Part shown: piece after piece, positions 1 through 11,143 of the stretch
How the letters are laid out: every line of letters starts with the position of its first letter
Numbering within the stretch: the first letter of the stretch is position 1
NCBI GenBank assembly: GCA_964195425.1
Contig: CAXMOM010000013.1
Span: 70,069-134,068, forward strand
Source of the DNA: Acidiferrobacterales bacterium
Lineage (GTDB): Bacteria > Pseudomonadota > Gammaproteobacteria > Enterobacterales > Alteromonadaceae
Length of the DNA: 64,000 nt
Direction of reading: 5' to 3'
Made by a program: the position numbers and the translations under genes
Notes under the pieces: model-generated
What the model saw: only the letters and a program-made list of their open reading frames with translations
Told to the model about the DNA's origin: nothing
The model's database searches: none

Positions 1-1
1 T

Positions 2-2818
2 ATGAAGTCTATTAACTTAGAATGTCCACGGGCAGAAATAGCACATACTTTAGAAAAAGCGCAAGACGTAGTCACTAGAATTGGCTTTCCATGCATTATT
101 CGTCCCTCGTTTACTATGGGCGGTAGCGGTGGTGGTATTGCTTATAACATTGATGAATTTAACGAAATTTGTACTCGCGGTTTAGATTTATCGCCTACGT
201 CAGAGCTGCTTATCGACGAGTCACTCATTGGCTGGAAAGAGTATGAAATGGAAGTGGTACGCGATAAAGCAGACAACTGCATTATTATATGTACCATTGA
301 GAATATTGACCCCATGGGCGTGCATACCGGTGATTCTATCACGGTTGCTCCAGCACAAACTTTGACGGATAAAGAATTTCAGATTATGCGTAATGCTGCA
401 ATAGCAGTACTGCGTGAAATTGGTGTGGAAACAGGTGGCTCAAACGTCCAGTTTGGTATTGATCCTGAAACCGGCCGAATGGTGATTATTGAAATGAATC
501 CAAGAGTGTCAAGATCGTCTGCGCTAGCATCCAAAGCAACGGGTTTTCCCATTGCTAAAATTGCCGCTAAGCTTGCTATTGGTTACACCCTTGATGAACT
601 AGACAATGACATTACGGGTGGCAAAACGCCGGCCTCATTCGAACCTTCTATCGATTATGTAGTGACTAAAATTCCACGGTTTAACTTTGAAAAATTTGCC
701 GGTGCGAACGATCGTTTAACCACGCAAATGAAGTCAGTCGGCGAAGTAATGGCCATTGGCCGTAATCAACAAGAATCTTTGCAAAAAGCACTGCGTGGAT
801 TAGAAGTTGGCGCGACCGGTTTAAACCCAATTGTTGACTTAAACGACCCTGAAGCAAAAAACAAAATCGTGTTTGAATTACGTGAACCTGGTGCTGAACG
901 TATTTGGTACATTGGCGATGCCTTTAGAATGGGAATGACGGTTGATGAAGTCTTTACCTTAACTAATATAGACCGATGGTACTTAGTCCAAATTGAAGAC
1001 ATTGTTAAACAAGAAGCGTTAATTCAAACTTTGGGATTAGGGGGCATAGACGAAGATTTTATGTACGCATTAAAACGCAAAGGTTTTGCTGATGCACGTA
1101 TTGCTGAATTGACCTTAGTCGCTGAAGATGACGTTCGTGGCAAACGCCTTGATATGTCGATAAAGCCTGTTTATAAACGCGTGGATACCTGCGCGGCAGA
1201 GTTCTCAACGTCTACGGCTTACATGTATTCAACGTATGATGAAGAGTGTGAGGCGCAGCCGTCGTCTAAGCCTAAAATAATGATTATAGGCGGTGGACCG
1301 AACCGAATTGGTCAAGGCATTGAATTTGATTATTGCTGTGTACATGCAGCCTTGGCATTGCGCGATGATGGTTATGAAACCATTATGGTCAACTGTAATC
1401 CAGAAACAGTATCTACCGACTACGATACTTCAGACCGCTTATATTTTGAGTCAGTTACACTAGAAGATGTGTTAGAAATTTGCAGAGTAGAGCAGCCTGA
1501 AGGCGTAATTGTGCAATATGGCGGCCAAACACCGCTTAAGCTTGCACGTGCATTGAAAGAAAATGGAGTCAATATAATCGGCACGCAGCCAGATGCAATT
1601 GACCGAGCAGAAGATCGTGAACGTTTTCAGCAAATGGTCAATAAGTTAGGCCTCAAACAGCCCGCTAATGCAACTGTTAGTAATATGGAACAAGCCCTAG
1701 AGAACGCTGAGAATATCGGTTTTCCTTTAGTGGTTCGTCCTTCATATGTATTGGGCGGTCGAGCAATGGAAATTGTGTATGACCTTAAAGATTTAAAACG
1801 CTACTTAACTGAAGCTGTGAAGGTTTCTAACGACTCTCCAGTATTGCTTGATAGGTTTTTAGATGATGCTATTGAAGTAGACGTAGACGCTATTTGTGAC
1901 GGCACAGACGTCGTCATTGGCGGTATTATGGAGCATATTGAACAAGCGGGTGTGCATTCGGGTGATTCAGCCTGCAGCTTACCGCCTTATTCTTTGTCAA
2001 AAGAAATTCAAGATGTAATGCGTAAGCAGGTAGCCCAAATGGCGCTAGAATTAGGCGTTATTGGCCTTATGAATACTCAGTTTGCGATTAAAGACAACGA
2101 AGTTTATTTGATTGAAGTTAACCCACGCGCGGCTAGAACGGTGCCATTTGTTTCTAAAGCAACGGGCGTACCTTTGGCAAAAATTGCGGCCAGAGTCATG
2201 GCGGGGAAGTCCCTTGCTAGCCAGGGAATTACGAAAGAAACTATACCGCCATTTTATTCAGTTAAAGAGGTCGTGTTACCTTTCGCTAAGTTCCAAGGCG
2301 TCGATCCTTTGCTAGGCCCAGAAATGCGCTCAACAGGTGAAGTGATGGGCATAGGGACGAATTTTGAAGAAGCTTATGCAAAAGCAGGATTAGGCGCTAG
2401 TTCACCACTGCCTAAAAAAGGTAAGGTGTTGGTGTCGGTGCGTAATAACGACAAACACCGCGTACTCGATTTGGCCAAAGTGGTAATTGAAAATGGATTT
2501 ACGCTTGAAGCTACCAGTGGGACTGCTAAATTTATAAACGAAGGTGGTTATGAATGTTCAGTCGTCAATAAATTGTTAGAAGGGCGGCCCAATATAGTAG
2601 ATTTTATTAAAAATGGTGCGTACACCTATATTGTGAATACCACAGAAGGGCGTCAAGCCATTACCGACTCTGTCTATATTAGAAGCGAAGCACTATTAAA
2701 CAAAGTGGCATACACCACTACGTTAAATGCAGCGTTTGCGACTATGCAATCAAAAACCGCCGACGCGTATAAAAATGTGAATTCCATACAAGAATTACAT
2801 AAGCAAATTGACGCTTAA
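2..2818 (+). CDS. carB: Carbamoyl-phosphate synthase large subunit (5'-truncated by the window edge)
   Basis: Duplicated ATP-grasp domains ([27 protein letters not shown]), [25 protein letters not shown] and a C-terminal MGS domain. The Met at position 2 is internal. Confidence 0.98.
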   Translation: MKSINLECPRAEIAHTLEKAQDVVTRIGFPCIIRPSFTMGGSGGGIAYNIDEFNEICTRGLDLSPTSELLIDESLIGWKEYEMEVVRDKADNCIIICTIENIDPMGVHTGDSITVAPAQTLTDKEFQIMRNAAIAVLREIGVETGGSNVQFGIDPETGRMVIIEMNPRVSRSSALASKATGFPIAKIAAKLAIGYTLDELDNDITGGKTPASFEPSIDYVVTKIPRFNFEKFAGANDRLTTQMKSVGEVMAIGRNQQESLQKALRGLEVGATGLNPIVDLNDPEAKNKIVFELREPGAERIWYIGDAFRMGMTVDEVFTLTNIDRWYLVQIEDIVKQEALIQTLGLGGIDEDFMYALKRKGFADARIAELTLVAEDDVRGKRLDMSIKPVYKRVDTCAAEFSTSTAYMYSTYDEECEAQPSSKPKIMIIGGGPNRIGQGIEFDYCCVHAALALRDDGYETIMVNCNPETVSTDYDTSDRLYFESVTLEDVLEICRVEQPEGVIVQYGGQTPLKLARALKENGVNIIGTQPDAIDRAEDRERFQQMVNKLGLKQPANATVSNMEQALENAENIGFPLVVRPSYVLGGRAMEIVYDLKDLKRYLTEAVKVSNDSPVLLDRFLDDAIEVDVDAICDGTDVVIGGIMEHIEQAGVHSGDSACSLPPYSLSKEIQDVMRKQVAQMALELGVIGLMNTQFAIKDNEVYLIEVNPRAARTVPFVSKATGVPLAKIAARVMAGKSLASQGITKETIPPFYSVKEVVLPFAKFQGVDPLLGPEMRSTGEVMGIGTNFEEAYAKAGLGASSPLPKKGKVLVSVRNNDKHRVLDLAKVVIENGFTLEATSGTAKFINEGGYECSVVNKLLEGRPNIVDFIKNGAYTYIVNTTEGRQAITDSVYIRSEALLNKVAYTTTLNAAFATMQSKTADAYKNVNSIQELHKQIDA

Positions 2819-2875
2819 AAGCCTACCCAGACTAGACCGATTGTTTTATACTACTGTCCTAACAATCAAAGAAAT

Positions 2876-2905
2876 CGAACGCGTTTAGCGTTCGTTTTCT
2901 GTTTT
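2876..2905 (+). terminator. Intrinsic terminator after carB
   Basis: CGAACGC-GTTTA-GCGTTCG stem followed by TTTTCTGTTTT. Confidence 0.65.
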
Positions 2906-3059
2906 ACTGTTGAATTTATATCGTGAAAAATGCTTAGCAATCTCCTTTTATTGCTGAGTGCGATGACTTTTTATATCGCTGTGCAATGCTATATATCACT
3001 ATGCATTACTATGCCGACTATTCAACACACCATAATAAAAGAATGATAAGAGAATAAGA

Positions 3060-3539
3060 ATGGCGACTACATATCCAATGACCCTGTTAGGGGCGCAAAA
3101 ACTGCGTGAAGAGTTAAATGAGTTAAAGTCTAAAGTAAGACCACGGATCATTAAATCTATTGCTGAGGCCAGAGAGCACGGCGATTTAAAAGAAAATGCA
3201 GAGTATCATGCTGCCCGCGATCAACAGAGTTTTTGTGAAGGACGTATTCAAGATATTGAAGGTAAATTGTCTGGCGCTCAAATTATTGACGTGACCAAAA
3301 TGACTAATAACGGAAAAGTCATCTTTGGTGCAACCGTTAGATTATTGAACGTCGATACCGATGAAGAAATTCAGTATCATATAGTGGGTGATGATGAATC
3401 CGATTTGAAAAATGGTCGTATATCCGTTAATTCCCCCATTGCCCGCGGTTTAATAGGTAAAGAACTTGACGATGTATCAATCATTAAAACCCCAGTGGGC
3501 GTAGTTGAATACGAAATAATTCAAGTTGATTATAAGTAA
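3060..3539 (+). CDS. greA: Transcription elongation factor GreA
   Basis: [13 protein letters not shown] motif and [14 protein letters not shown]; lies directly after carB. Confidence 0.97.
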   Translation: MATTYPMTLLGAQKLREELNELKSKVRPRIIKSIAEAREHGDLKENAEYHAARDQQSFCEGRIQDIEGKLSGAQIIDVTKMTNNGKVIFGATVRLLNVDTDEEIQYHIVGDDESDLKNGRISVNSPIARGLIGKELDDVSIIKTPVGVVEYEIIQVDYK

Positions 3540-3562
3540 AATAAAAGCCAACTATAAATAGC

Positions 3563-5221
3563 CTATATATAGTTATCATTCGCTAACTTTTTAAGCGCAA
3601 GCTCCAATGCTTGCGTTCTGTTATGCACAAAGTCGGCATCGTTGAGCATAGTTTCAAAGCCCATGCGCATTAACTTTTCTTTGTCCTGTGGTCTTTTGAC
3701 TAACATGACTACTTTCTTATCTAAGCTTTGAGCATCTTTTACTAAGTTCTCGATGGTAAGCGCAATGGTATCATCTAAGAACGACACATCACTTAAATCT
3801 ACTATCAGCGCATGATGATCTCCCAAGCTGCCTAGTTCACGTGACAAGGCTTTTGACACGCCAAATATCATAGTCCCACTCAAATAAAAGTAGAGCAGTT
3901 GACCCTGTGCTTTATTAAGCAAACCTTGTTGCTCTTTGGTAAGGGGCAAACGTCCATCTACATCACTAATTGCTTTTATATTTTTTTCTTGAGAGGTACT
4001 GAGCTTCTCAATGGTAATGATGTTCGCAATAAATACACCAATGCCTACTGCAACCACTAAATCGACAAAGACAGTGAGTAGCAATACTGCATACATGATT
4101 AGACTTGTTTGTTTGGATACTTTGTGTGCTCGCTTTATAAAGCTCCAGTCAAGGATATCGATCCCTACTTTAATTGCAATCCCCGCTAATACTGCGATGG
4201 GAATGACCGAAATTAAGGATGATGCGCCAAATATCGCGACGACTAATATCGCCACCCTCGTTAAACCCGATAGTGCAGATTTTGCGCCGGTTTGGATATT
4301 TACCACAGTACCCATTGTTGCCCCTGCGCCTGGTAGGCCACCAAACAAACCTGAGACCAAATTACCCATGCCTTGGCCAATTAACTCTTTGTCTGACTTG
4401 TGCTCACTTCGTGTAAGGTTGTCGGCAATAACAGAGGTTAACATTGAATCAATACAGCCCAGAATACCTAGCACAATACCATCGAGTATCATTGTTTGCA
4501 GTAGTTCAGGGGTAAATGTGGGAAATACTAATGAGGGTAAACTTACATCTATTTCGCCTATACGTTTAATATTAGGGTCGGAAAGTACGTATACAGAAAT
4601 TACTGAAATAACCACAAGTGCTATTAATTGTGGCGGTACCCACTGTTTGATTCTTCTTGGTGTAAAGAAAATTAGCGCTAGCGTTGCCAAGGCCATACCG
4701 GCTTCAGTTAGACTAAATTGTGATAAGGTGTTGGGGAGGTCTGAAATAGCACCAGTAACGCCTCCACTAGGAGCACTAGCGCCTATAGCGGGTGCAAATT
4801 GCATGATGATTAGAATGCAGCCAATGCCGGACATAAAGCCGCTTATCACGCTGTAGGGCATTAGGGTGATGTACTTCCCAAGTTTTAGCATACCAAACAG
4901 TATTTGCGTTAATCCGGCTATCATGACCACAGTAAATGCCATAGCAAGCCCAGTTTCAGGATATCTAGCAACCATCGCCGTGACTACCGCGGCCATAATC
5001 ACTGTCATGGGGCCTGTTGGTTCTGATATTAAGGTAGGTGTGCCACCAAATAATGCGGCAAAGAAACCAATAATAATTGCGCCATATAATCCTGCCTCAG
5101 GACCCGCGCCCGACGCTACACCAAACGCTAAGGCTAGCGGTAACGAAACAATTGCAGCGGTTAATCCACCAAGAATATCGCCTTTTAAGCTTTTACGATT
5201 AATAGTGTTAAAAATTTTCAA
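3563..5221 (-). CDS. SulP/SLC26 anion transporter with STAS domain, BicA-like (probable bicarbonate transporter)
   Basis: GDILGGLTAAIVSLPLALAFG, LISEPTGPMT, GCIDSMLTS, ELIGQGMGN, GAGATMGT; C-terminal STAS domain (IVDLSDVSFLD). Confidence 0.9.
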   Translation of the reverse strand: MKIFNTINRKSLKGDILGGLTAAIVSLPLALAFGVASGAGPEAGLYGAIIIGFFAALFGGTPTLISEPTGPMTVIMAAVVTAMVARYPETGLAMAFTVVMIAGLTQILFGMLKLGKYITLMPYSVISGFMSGIGCILIIMQFAPAIGASAPSGGVTGAISDLPNTLSQFSLTEAGMALATLALIFFTPRRIKQWVPPQLIALVVISVISVYVLSDPNIKRIGEIDVSLPSLVFPTFTPELLQTMILDGIVLGILGCIDSMLTSVIADNLTRSEHKSDKELIGQGMGNLVSGLFGGLPGAGATMGTVVNIQTGAKSALSGLTRVAILVVAIFGASSLISVIPIAVLAGIAIKVGIDILDWSFIKRAHKVSKQTSLIMYAVLLLTVFVDLVVAVGIGVFIANIITIEKLSTSQEKNIKAISDVDGRLPLTKEQQGLLNKAQGQLLYFYLSGTMIFGVSKALSRELGSLGDHHALIVDLSDVSFLDDTIALTIENLVKDAQSLDKKVVMLVKRPQDKEKLMRMGFETMLNDADFVHNRTQALELALKKLANDNYI

Positions 5222-5299
5222 GTAATTCTCTTTGTGTAGAGCAAGCTTTTAATGCTCAAAAAATAAGGCGCTTTATTTGCACCATATTATATATGATTT

Positions 5300-6832
5300 T
5301 TATTTATTGCTGGTCGGTTCAGGTACCAACTTAGCCGCTTTGCGAGAAACCACAATGCCGCCTAAAAAACTGCTTAGCGCAAGTATCCAAATAGGCCAAT
5401 CACCATATCGTCGATAAGGCGTATATCCTTCAACAAGGGTAATAACGTCCTCAAGTACTAGTGCTTCAAATTGTGGTAATTGACTTTGAATGTGCCCTTC
5501 ATGATTAACAATAGCGGTAACCCCATTGTTAGTTGCACGTAATACAGGTAAACCAAACTCTTTTGCACGCACTTGTGCTATTTGCAAATGTTGATGTGGA
5601 CCATGAGAGTCGCCAAACCAAGCGTCATTACTCACAGTTACAATAGCCTGAGATTGTTCAGTCAGGTTGGCAGCAATTTGTTTTGGAAAAGCAATTTCAA
5701 AGCACATTGCGGGAGTGAAAAAGGTATTTCCAGCCACTAGATTTGCTTGAACATAATCACCTCTAGTAAAAGATGACATGGGTAAATCAAAAATAGGGGC
5801 CATTGGCCTTAGTAATGTTTCGAAAGGGACAAATTCGCCTATAGGCAATAAATGGTGCTTTGAAAAGCGCTTACTATGATTTAATTTGTAGGGCTGAGTA
5901 TTGGAGCCAGTATCTATTCCCAATGCAATTAAAGAGTTGTAGGCAATGTCGGTTTGTAAATCATAATTTATTATGCCAGTAATAAGCCCTGTACTGGTAT
6001 TAGTTGCCTTGGTATCTAATGTTATTAGATACCGTTGTACTAGTGATTCTAATTTAGGCACTGCGGCTTCAGGCCATATAACAATGTCTTTGTTCCAAAA
6101 GGGCTCGGTCATTACCATATATTTATCCATCGCCATTTTATCTTTTTTAGGATCAAATCGCATAGATTGCGCAATATTGCCTTGTACCAAGGCAACGGTT
6201 TTAGTTATGCCCGTTGGCGTACTCCACTGTATATTGCTTAATGCTATAGAACTAATGGTAAAAACGAGCGCTGGTATGCCAGCGTGAAGCCATTGTTTTT
6301 GTGCAATACCTATTGCAGCGCTGCAGGTCACTACTATCATAAGTGCACTTAAGCCAATTTCACCAATTATGGGATACCAAATACTAAATATACTGCTCGT
6401 TTGCGAATAACCAATAGACAACCACGGGAAGCCAGTCATTGCCCAAGCGCGTATCCATTCCATAAATAACCAAGCAAAAGGTAGACAAAGCGGCCATAAA
6501 GCAGGCTTAAAAAACCGTGAAGTTAATGCGATCAATGCTGCAGGAAAAAGTGCCAAATAACCACATAGCATTAGCATAAGCATAAGTGAGGCTATAAGCG
6601 GGAGGCCTCCAAATTCGGCTATGCTGACATGAACCCAAGAAATACCCGCACCAAAATAACCTAGACCAAACCACCAAGCACTTTTGAAGGGCGTTGTTGT
6701 TTGGTAGGCAAGTAAGTATATACAGACGGGTAAAACTGCAAAAATAAGGAACCAGTAGTTAAAAGGTGCAAACGCGAAGGTAAGGCTCGCACCTAAACAA
6801 AAAAGTAGTATATTTACAGCTAAGGAAGTCAG
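5300..6832 (-). CDS. lnt: Apolipoprotein N-acyltransferase (start moved upstream to a probable CTG at 6832)
   Basis: Nitrilase triad WPEAA / SKHHLLPIGEF / AMCFEIAF. The frame is open 83 codons upstream of the tracked Met and encodes the typical Lnt N-terminus (LTFAFAPF...FGLGYFGAGISWVHVSI), giving 510 aa. Confidence 0.93.
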   Translation of the reverse strand: MTSLAVNILLFCLGASLTFAFAPFNYWFLIFAVLPVCIYLLAYQTTTPFKSAWWFGLGYFGAGISWVHVSIAEFGGLPLIASLMLMLMLCGYLALFPAALIALTSRFFKPALWPLCLPFAWLFMEWIRAWAMTGFPWLSIGYSQTSSIFSIWYPIIGEIGLSALMIVVTCSAAIGIAQKQWLHAGIPALVFTISSIALSNIQWSTPTGITKTVALVQGNIAQSMRFDPKKDKMAMDKYMVMTEPFWNKDIVIWPEAAVPKLESLVQRYLITLDTKATNTSTGLITGIINYDLQTDIAYNSLIALGIDTGSNTQPYKLNHSKRFSKHHLLPIGEFVPFETLLRPMAPIFDLPMSSFTRGDYVQANLVAGNTFFTPAMCFEIAFPKQIAANLTEQSQAIVTVSNDAWFGDSHGPHQHLQIAQVRAKEFGLPVLRATNNGVTAIVNHEGHIQSQLPQFEALVLEDVITLVEGYTPYRRYGDWPIWILALSSFLGGIVVSRKAAKLVPEPTSNK

Positions 6833-6833
6833 G

Positions 6834-7694
6834 CTAACTCTCCAGTTCTGGCAAGTACACCTTAAGTTGTAATAGGCGCCGCTTGTCAGAATTAGTCACT
6901 TCAAACTGTATATTATCAACATCGATTTTTTCACCAGTTTCAGGCATGTGGCCAAAGGCACGCAGCACAACACCGCCGATGGTATCAGAATTACCTGAGT
7001 TAAAAGATGATTCAAAAAATTTATTAAAATCGTCAACTGGGGTCAGAGCTTTAACTGAATAAGTAGATTTGTTTAGCGGGCGTATATTATCATTTTCATC
7101 TATTTCATCATCGTATTCATCTTCAATTTCGCCTACGATAAGCTCTAATATATCTTCAATGGTAACTAAGCCTGATACGCCGCCATATTCGTCGACCACT
7201 ATTGCCATATGATAGCGTTGTTGCCTAAAGTCCTTTAGCAGAACATCAACCCGTTTGCTTTCAGGCACAATTACCGCTTCGCGAATAACATCTTTAAGTA
7301 CAAAACTTTTTTCGTCGTTAAAGGCATAAGGAAGCAAGTCTTTTGCAAGTAATATACCTTCAATATGGTCTTTGTCTTCACTAATTACAGGAAAACGACT
7401 ATGGGCAGAATCTAATACTAAGGGTAAAAATTGGTCAACCGACTGTTCAATATCAATGGTGATCATTTGCGCGCGAGGTATCATGATTTCGCGGACTTTA
7501 ATTTCACTGACACCCATAACACCTTCAATCATTTCTTTTGTTTGAGGGTCTATTACTTCTCGGGTTTCAGCATCAGAAATTAAATCTGATAACTCTTCTT
7601 TATTTTGCGGCTCTCCTTTAAAGTTGGTCATTAATTTAGCTAACCAGCTTTTGTTAGAAGAACCGTTGGTTGAGTGGGGGTTATCGTCGCTCAT
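6834..7694 (-). CDS. corC: CBS/CorC-HlyC domain Mg/Co transport protein
   Basis: HSRFPV, VVDEYGGVSGLVTIEDILELIVGEIEDEYD; sits between ybeY and lnt as in E. coli. Confidence 0.95.
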   Translation of the reverse strand: MSDDNPHSTNGSSNKSWLAKLMTNFKGEPQNKEELSDLISDAETREVIDPQTKEMIEGVMGVSEIKVREIMIPRAQMITIDIEQSVDQFLPLVLDSAHSRFPVISEDKDHIEGILLAKDLLPYAFNDEKSFVLKDVIREAVIVPESKRVDVLLKDFRQQRYHMAIVVDEYGGVSGLVTIEDILELIVGEIEDEYDDEIDENDNIRPLNKSTYSVKALTPVDDFNKFFESSFNSGNSDTIGGVVLRAFGHMPETGEKIDVDNIQFEVTNSDKRRLLQLKVYLPELES

Positions 7695-7812
7695 TGTTTT
7701 ATTTGCATCTTATGTATAGTGTGTAAAGTTAGTCGGTTTTAGGGTTAAGCATTATTTGCATGCAAAGCTGCAGCCCAAAGTAAAAGTCACATTTAATGTT
7801 GTACCGCTATAT

Positions 7813-8355
7813 TCAACTAATTTGATAAGGGTCGTCAATACCTAATTTGGCTAATATTTTAATTTCAAGGCTTTCCATTTGATCCGCGTCATGACTATCT
7901 ATATGGTCAAAACCAACTAAGTGCAACATACCATGTATGCACATATGGGCCCAATGATGGTGAGGTGATTTGTGCTGTTCGCTAGCTTCATCGCAAACTA
8001 CCTGCGCGCATATAACCAAATCGCCTAAAAATCCACTTTGTACAAAATCAGGTAAATCACTTTCAAAAGACAGTACATTAGTGGGCTTGTCTTTGCCCCT
8101 ATATTGCGAATTCAGAGATTGAGATTCACCAATCGACACAATGCGTATGCTTATTTCCGGTGTTAAATTAGTGGGCTTGTCTTGCAGATTGGCGGTTGAT
8201 TCAAATGTCATTGCATATGCTAAGCCTAACCAAGCAAAAATGGAGTCTTTACTTGGTAAGGATTGCTTGGCCGCTTCCTCGACATCACCGGCAAATTGAA
8301 CATCAACTAAAATAGCCTCGCTCATATCAACCACAGTATCTGTAAAAGTTATCAT
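7813..8355 (-). CDS. ybeY: rRNA maturation endoribonuclease YbeY (start could be the Met at 8325)
   Basis: YRGKDKPTNVLSF and the HGMLHLVGFDH zinc motif. Confidence 0.95.
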   Translation of the reverse strand: MITFTDTVVDMSEAILVDVQFAGDVEEAAKQSLPSKDSIFAWLGLAYAMTFESTANLQDKPTNLTPEISIRIVSIGESQSLNSQYRGKDKPTNVLSFESDLPDFVQSGFLGDLVICAQVVCDEASEQHKSPHHHWAHMCIHGMLHLVGFDHIDSHDADQMESLEIKILAKLGIDDPYQIS

Positions 8356-8364
8356 TGTTCACTT

Positions 8365-9420
8365 TCATTTACCGCTTGGTCCGGTGTAGTCTTTGTTATT
8401 TTGGGCTTGTTTTTCTTGTTTGCTTTTCGCTTGCAATGCGTCTTGCGTCGACTCATAGTCTTCGTATGCTTGAACAATACGAGCCACTACAGGATGGCGA
8501 ACTACGTCGGTAGCGGTAAAAAAATTGAAACTGATATCATTGACATTGTCCAGCACATCAATGGCCTGACGCAATCCGGAGCGTGTGCCCCTAGGTAAAT
8601 CTACCTGGGTAATATCACCTGTAATGACTGCTTTTGAGTTAAAGCCAATACGGGTTAAAAACATTTTCATTTGTTCGACAGTGGTATTTTGTGACTCATC
8701 AAGAATAATAAATGCGTCGTTTAAAGTACGTCCTCGCATATAGGCCAGTGGCGCAACTTCAATTACATTGCGTTCAATGAGCTTTTCGACCTTTTCAAAT
8801 CCAAGCATTTCGAACAATGCGTCGTATAGCGGGCGTAAATAAGGGTCGACTTTTTGTGATAAATCACCCGGTAAGAACCCTAGTTTTTCACCGGCTTCAA
8901 CGGCGGGTCGGGTTAAAAGTATACGTCTAACTTCCTGTCTCTCTAATGCGTCTACTGCACATGCAACCGCTAAATAAGTTTTGCCGGTACCAGCAGGGCC
9001 CACTCCAAATGTAATATCATGGGTGAGAACGTTGGTCACATATTTTGACTGATTAGGGTTTCGAGGTTTTACCACACCACGTTTGGTTTTGATATGGACT
9101 TCTTTCGCATAATCACCTGCTTCAGCTCGTTCTAAGCACTTGGCTTCTTGAATAGCTAAATGCACCTGATTAGGTTCTAAATTCGGAACACTGCCGCGCA
9201 CAGGCTGTGTTTCTATATACAGAAGTTTCAGCAATTCACTCGCGCCATTGGCTTGCAGGGGATCGCCATGCACACTAAACTCATTGTTACGATAATTGAT
9301 TTCTACCCCTAAACGACGTTCTATCTGTTTTAGATTGTCATCAAATGGGCCACAAAGGCTCGACAAACGTTTAGTATCTTGCGGATCTAGTACCACTTTA
9401 TTGCTGACTATTTTACTCAA
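8365..9420 (-). CDS. ybeZ: PhoH-like ATPase
   Basis: GPAGTGKTYLA Walker A, LGFLPGDL, AYMRGRTL, ILDESQN. Confidence 0.95.
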   Translation of the reverse strand: MSKIVSNKVVLDPQDTKRLSSLCGPFDDNLKQIERRLGVEINYRNNEFSVHGDPLQANGASELLKLLYIETQPVRGSVPNLEPNQVHLAIQEAKCLERAEAGDYAKEVHIKTKRGVVKPRNPNQSKYVTNVLTHDITFGVGPAGTGKTYLAVACAVDALERQEVRRILLTRPAVEAGEKLGFLPGDLSQKVDPYLRPLYDALFEMLGFEKVEKLIERNVIEVAPLAYMRGRTLNDAFIILDESQNTTVEQMKMFLTRIGFNSKAVITGDITQVDLPRGTRSGLRQAIDVLDNVNDISFNFFTATDVVRHPVVARIVQAYEDYESTQDALQAKSKQEKQAQNNKDYTGPSGK

Positions 9421-9474
9421 TGAGTTTCCTTTTTTATACTATTTTTACTATGCATATATGTTGATTAAACATCG

Positions 9475-10902
9475 TTACGCAGGCATTATTTGAATCACAC
9501 CGAGTTGATCAGGTGAAGGTTTTTTGGCCATGATGCTTTGAGGAGAAATTGCAACACGCAGACCCATATCTGCTTCACGACGAATCACATCACCACGCAG
9601 GGAGTTGCTATATACCGAAGTAACGGTGACATCAACAAACTCTCCTATCATGTCAGGAGTGCCTACGAAATTAACTACACGATTGTTCTCAGTTCGCCCG
9701 GTAAGCTCCTTCGGATCTTTCTTCGAAGGACCTTCAACAAGAAGACGCTGTTGAGTATCTAACATGTTGCGCGCAATTTGTTGGGCATTTTGATTGATAC
9801 GTTGCTGGAGTATTTGTAGCCTTTGTTTTTTCTCGCTCTCGGGTACATCGTCAACAGCGTCCGCTGCAGGTGTGCCAGGCCTTGCGCTATAAATAAAGCT
9901 GAAACTCATGTCATAACCCACGTAATTGATCAAATCCATGGTGGCCTCAAAGTCTTCATTCGTTTCACCAGGAAAGCCTATGATGAAGTCTGATGACATA
10001 GATAAATTGGGGCGTACTTTTTTTAATTTGCGAATGGTCGATTTATATTCAATAGCAGTGTGGCCGCGTTTCATCAAATTCAAAATACGGTCGCAGCCCG
10101 ACTGCACCGGCAAGTGCAAATGGTCAACTAACTCTGGAATATTAGCGTAGGCTTCTACAATATCGTCGGTAAACTCAACTGGATGAGACGTGGTGTAGCG
10201 AATGCGGTCGATGCCATCAATACTAGCAACGAGTTCTAATAGTTCAGCGAAACGACAAACTGCGCCATCAAAGTGATCGCCTCTAAATGCATTAACGTTT
10301 TGGCCTAACAAATTGACCTCGCGAACACCTTGAGAAGCTAGTTGGGCAATTTCTAACAATACATCATCTACGGGTCTACTAACTTCTTCGCCGCGTGTGT
10401 AAGGCACAACACAAAAACTGCAATACTTAGAGCAGCCTTCCATAATCGATACAAAAGCAGTTGGACCGTCGGCTCGTGGTTCTGGCAAGCGGTCAAACTT
10501 TTCGATTTCAGGGAAGCTAACATCTACTACTGAGCGTTCGCCGCCTTTTATTTGACCGATCATCTCGGGCAAGCGATGCAAGGTTTGCGGGCCAAATACA
10601 ATATCGACGAATGGTGCGCGTTTGCGAATTTCATCGCCTTCTTGGGATGCAACACAGCCGCCCACACCAATTATTAACTCTGGCTTGTCTTTTTTTAGAT
10701 TTTTCCAGCGTCCCAATTGATGAAACACTTTCTCTTGTGCTTTTTCGCGTATAGAGCATGTGTTAAGTAAAATAACGTCGGCATCTTCGGCTTCAAGCGC
10801 CATTGTGTAGCCGTGAGTTGCATCGAGTAGGTCGGCCATTTTTTCCGAGTCATACTCGTTCATTTGGCAACCCCAGGTTTTAATAAATAATTTTTTGCTC
10901 AT
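9475..10902 (-). CDS. miaB: tRNA-i6A37 methylthiotransferase MiaB
   Basis: [12 protein letters not shown], radical-SAM CxxxCxxC (CSKYCSFC), TRAM domain. Confidence 0.98.
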   Translation of the reverse strand: MSKKLFIKTWGCQMNEYDSEKMADLLDATHGYTMALEAEDADVILLNTCSIREKAQEKVFHQLGRWKNLKKDKPELIIGVGGCVASQEGDEIRKRAPFVDIVFGPQTLHRLPEMIGQIKGGERSVVDVSFPEIEKFDRLPEPRADGPTAFVSIMEGCSKYCSFCVVPYTRGEEVSRPVDDVLLEIAQLASQGVREVNLLGQNVNAFRGDHFDGAVCRFAELLELVASIDGIDRIRYTTSHPVEFTDDIVEAYANIPELVDHLHLPVQSGCDRILNLMKRGHTAIEYKSTIRKLKKVRPNLSMSSDFIIGFPGETNEDFEATMDLINYVGYDMSFSFIYSARPGTPAADAVDDVPESEKKQRLQILQQRINQNAQQIARNMLDTQQRLLVEGPSKKDPKELTGRTENNRVVNFVGTPDMIGEFVDVTVTSVYSNSLRGDVIRREADMGLRVAISPQSIMAKKPSPDQLGVIQIMPA

Positions 10903-11143
10903 TTCACTTCATCAACAATGGGTTAGTCGGTTGGTATAATAATACCTGTGTATCAAATTGTCTTAACTAATATAATTATACGTAATGGCCTACAAAAAAG
11001 ACCTACGTGATGCCTAGATTGTCTTTCAAACCACCACATAAAACAGCGCTATATTTTACCTGCAATTTAGTCACAAGGATAGTGTTAATGGGGTTTTAAC
11101 TAGATTTCAAAAAGAGTTGTGTAACAAAATGTGGGGCCTTAAG

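Noticed and set aside
4011-4856. 281-aa plus-strand ORF (and 4866-5225) antisense to the SulP gene
   Set aside because: Shadow ORF of a hydrophobic, codon-biased gene; no recognisable motif, SD or domain.
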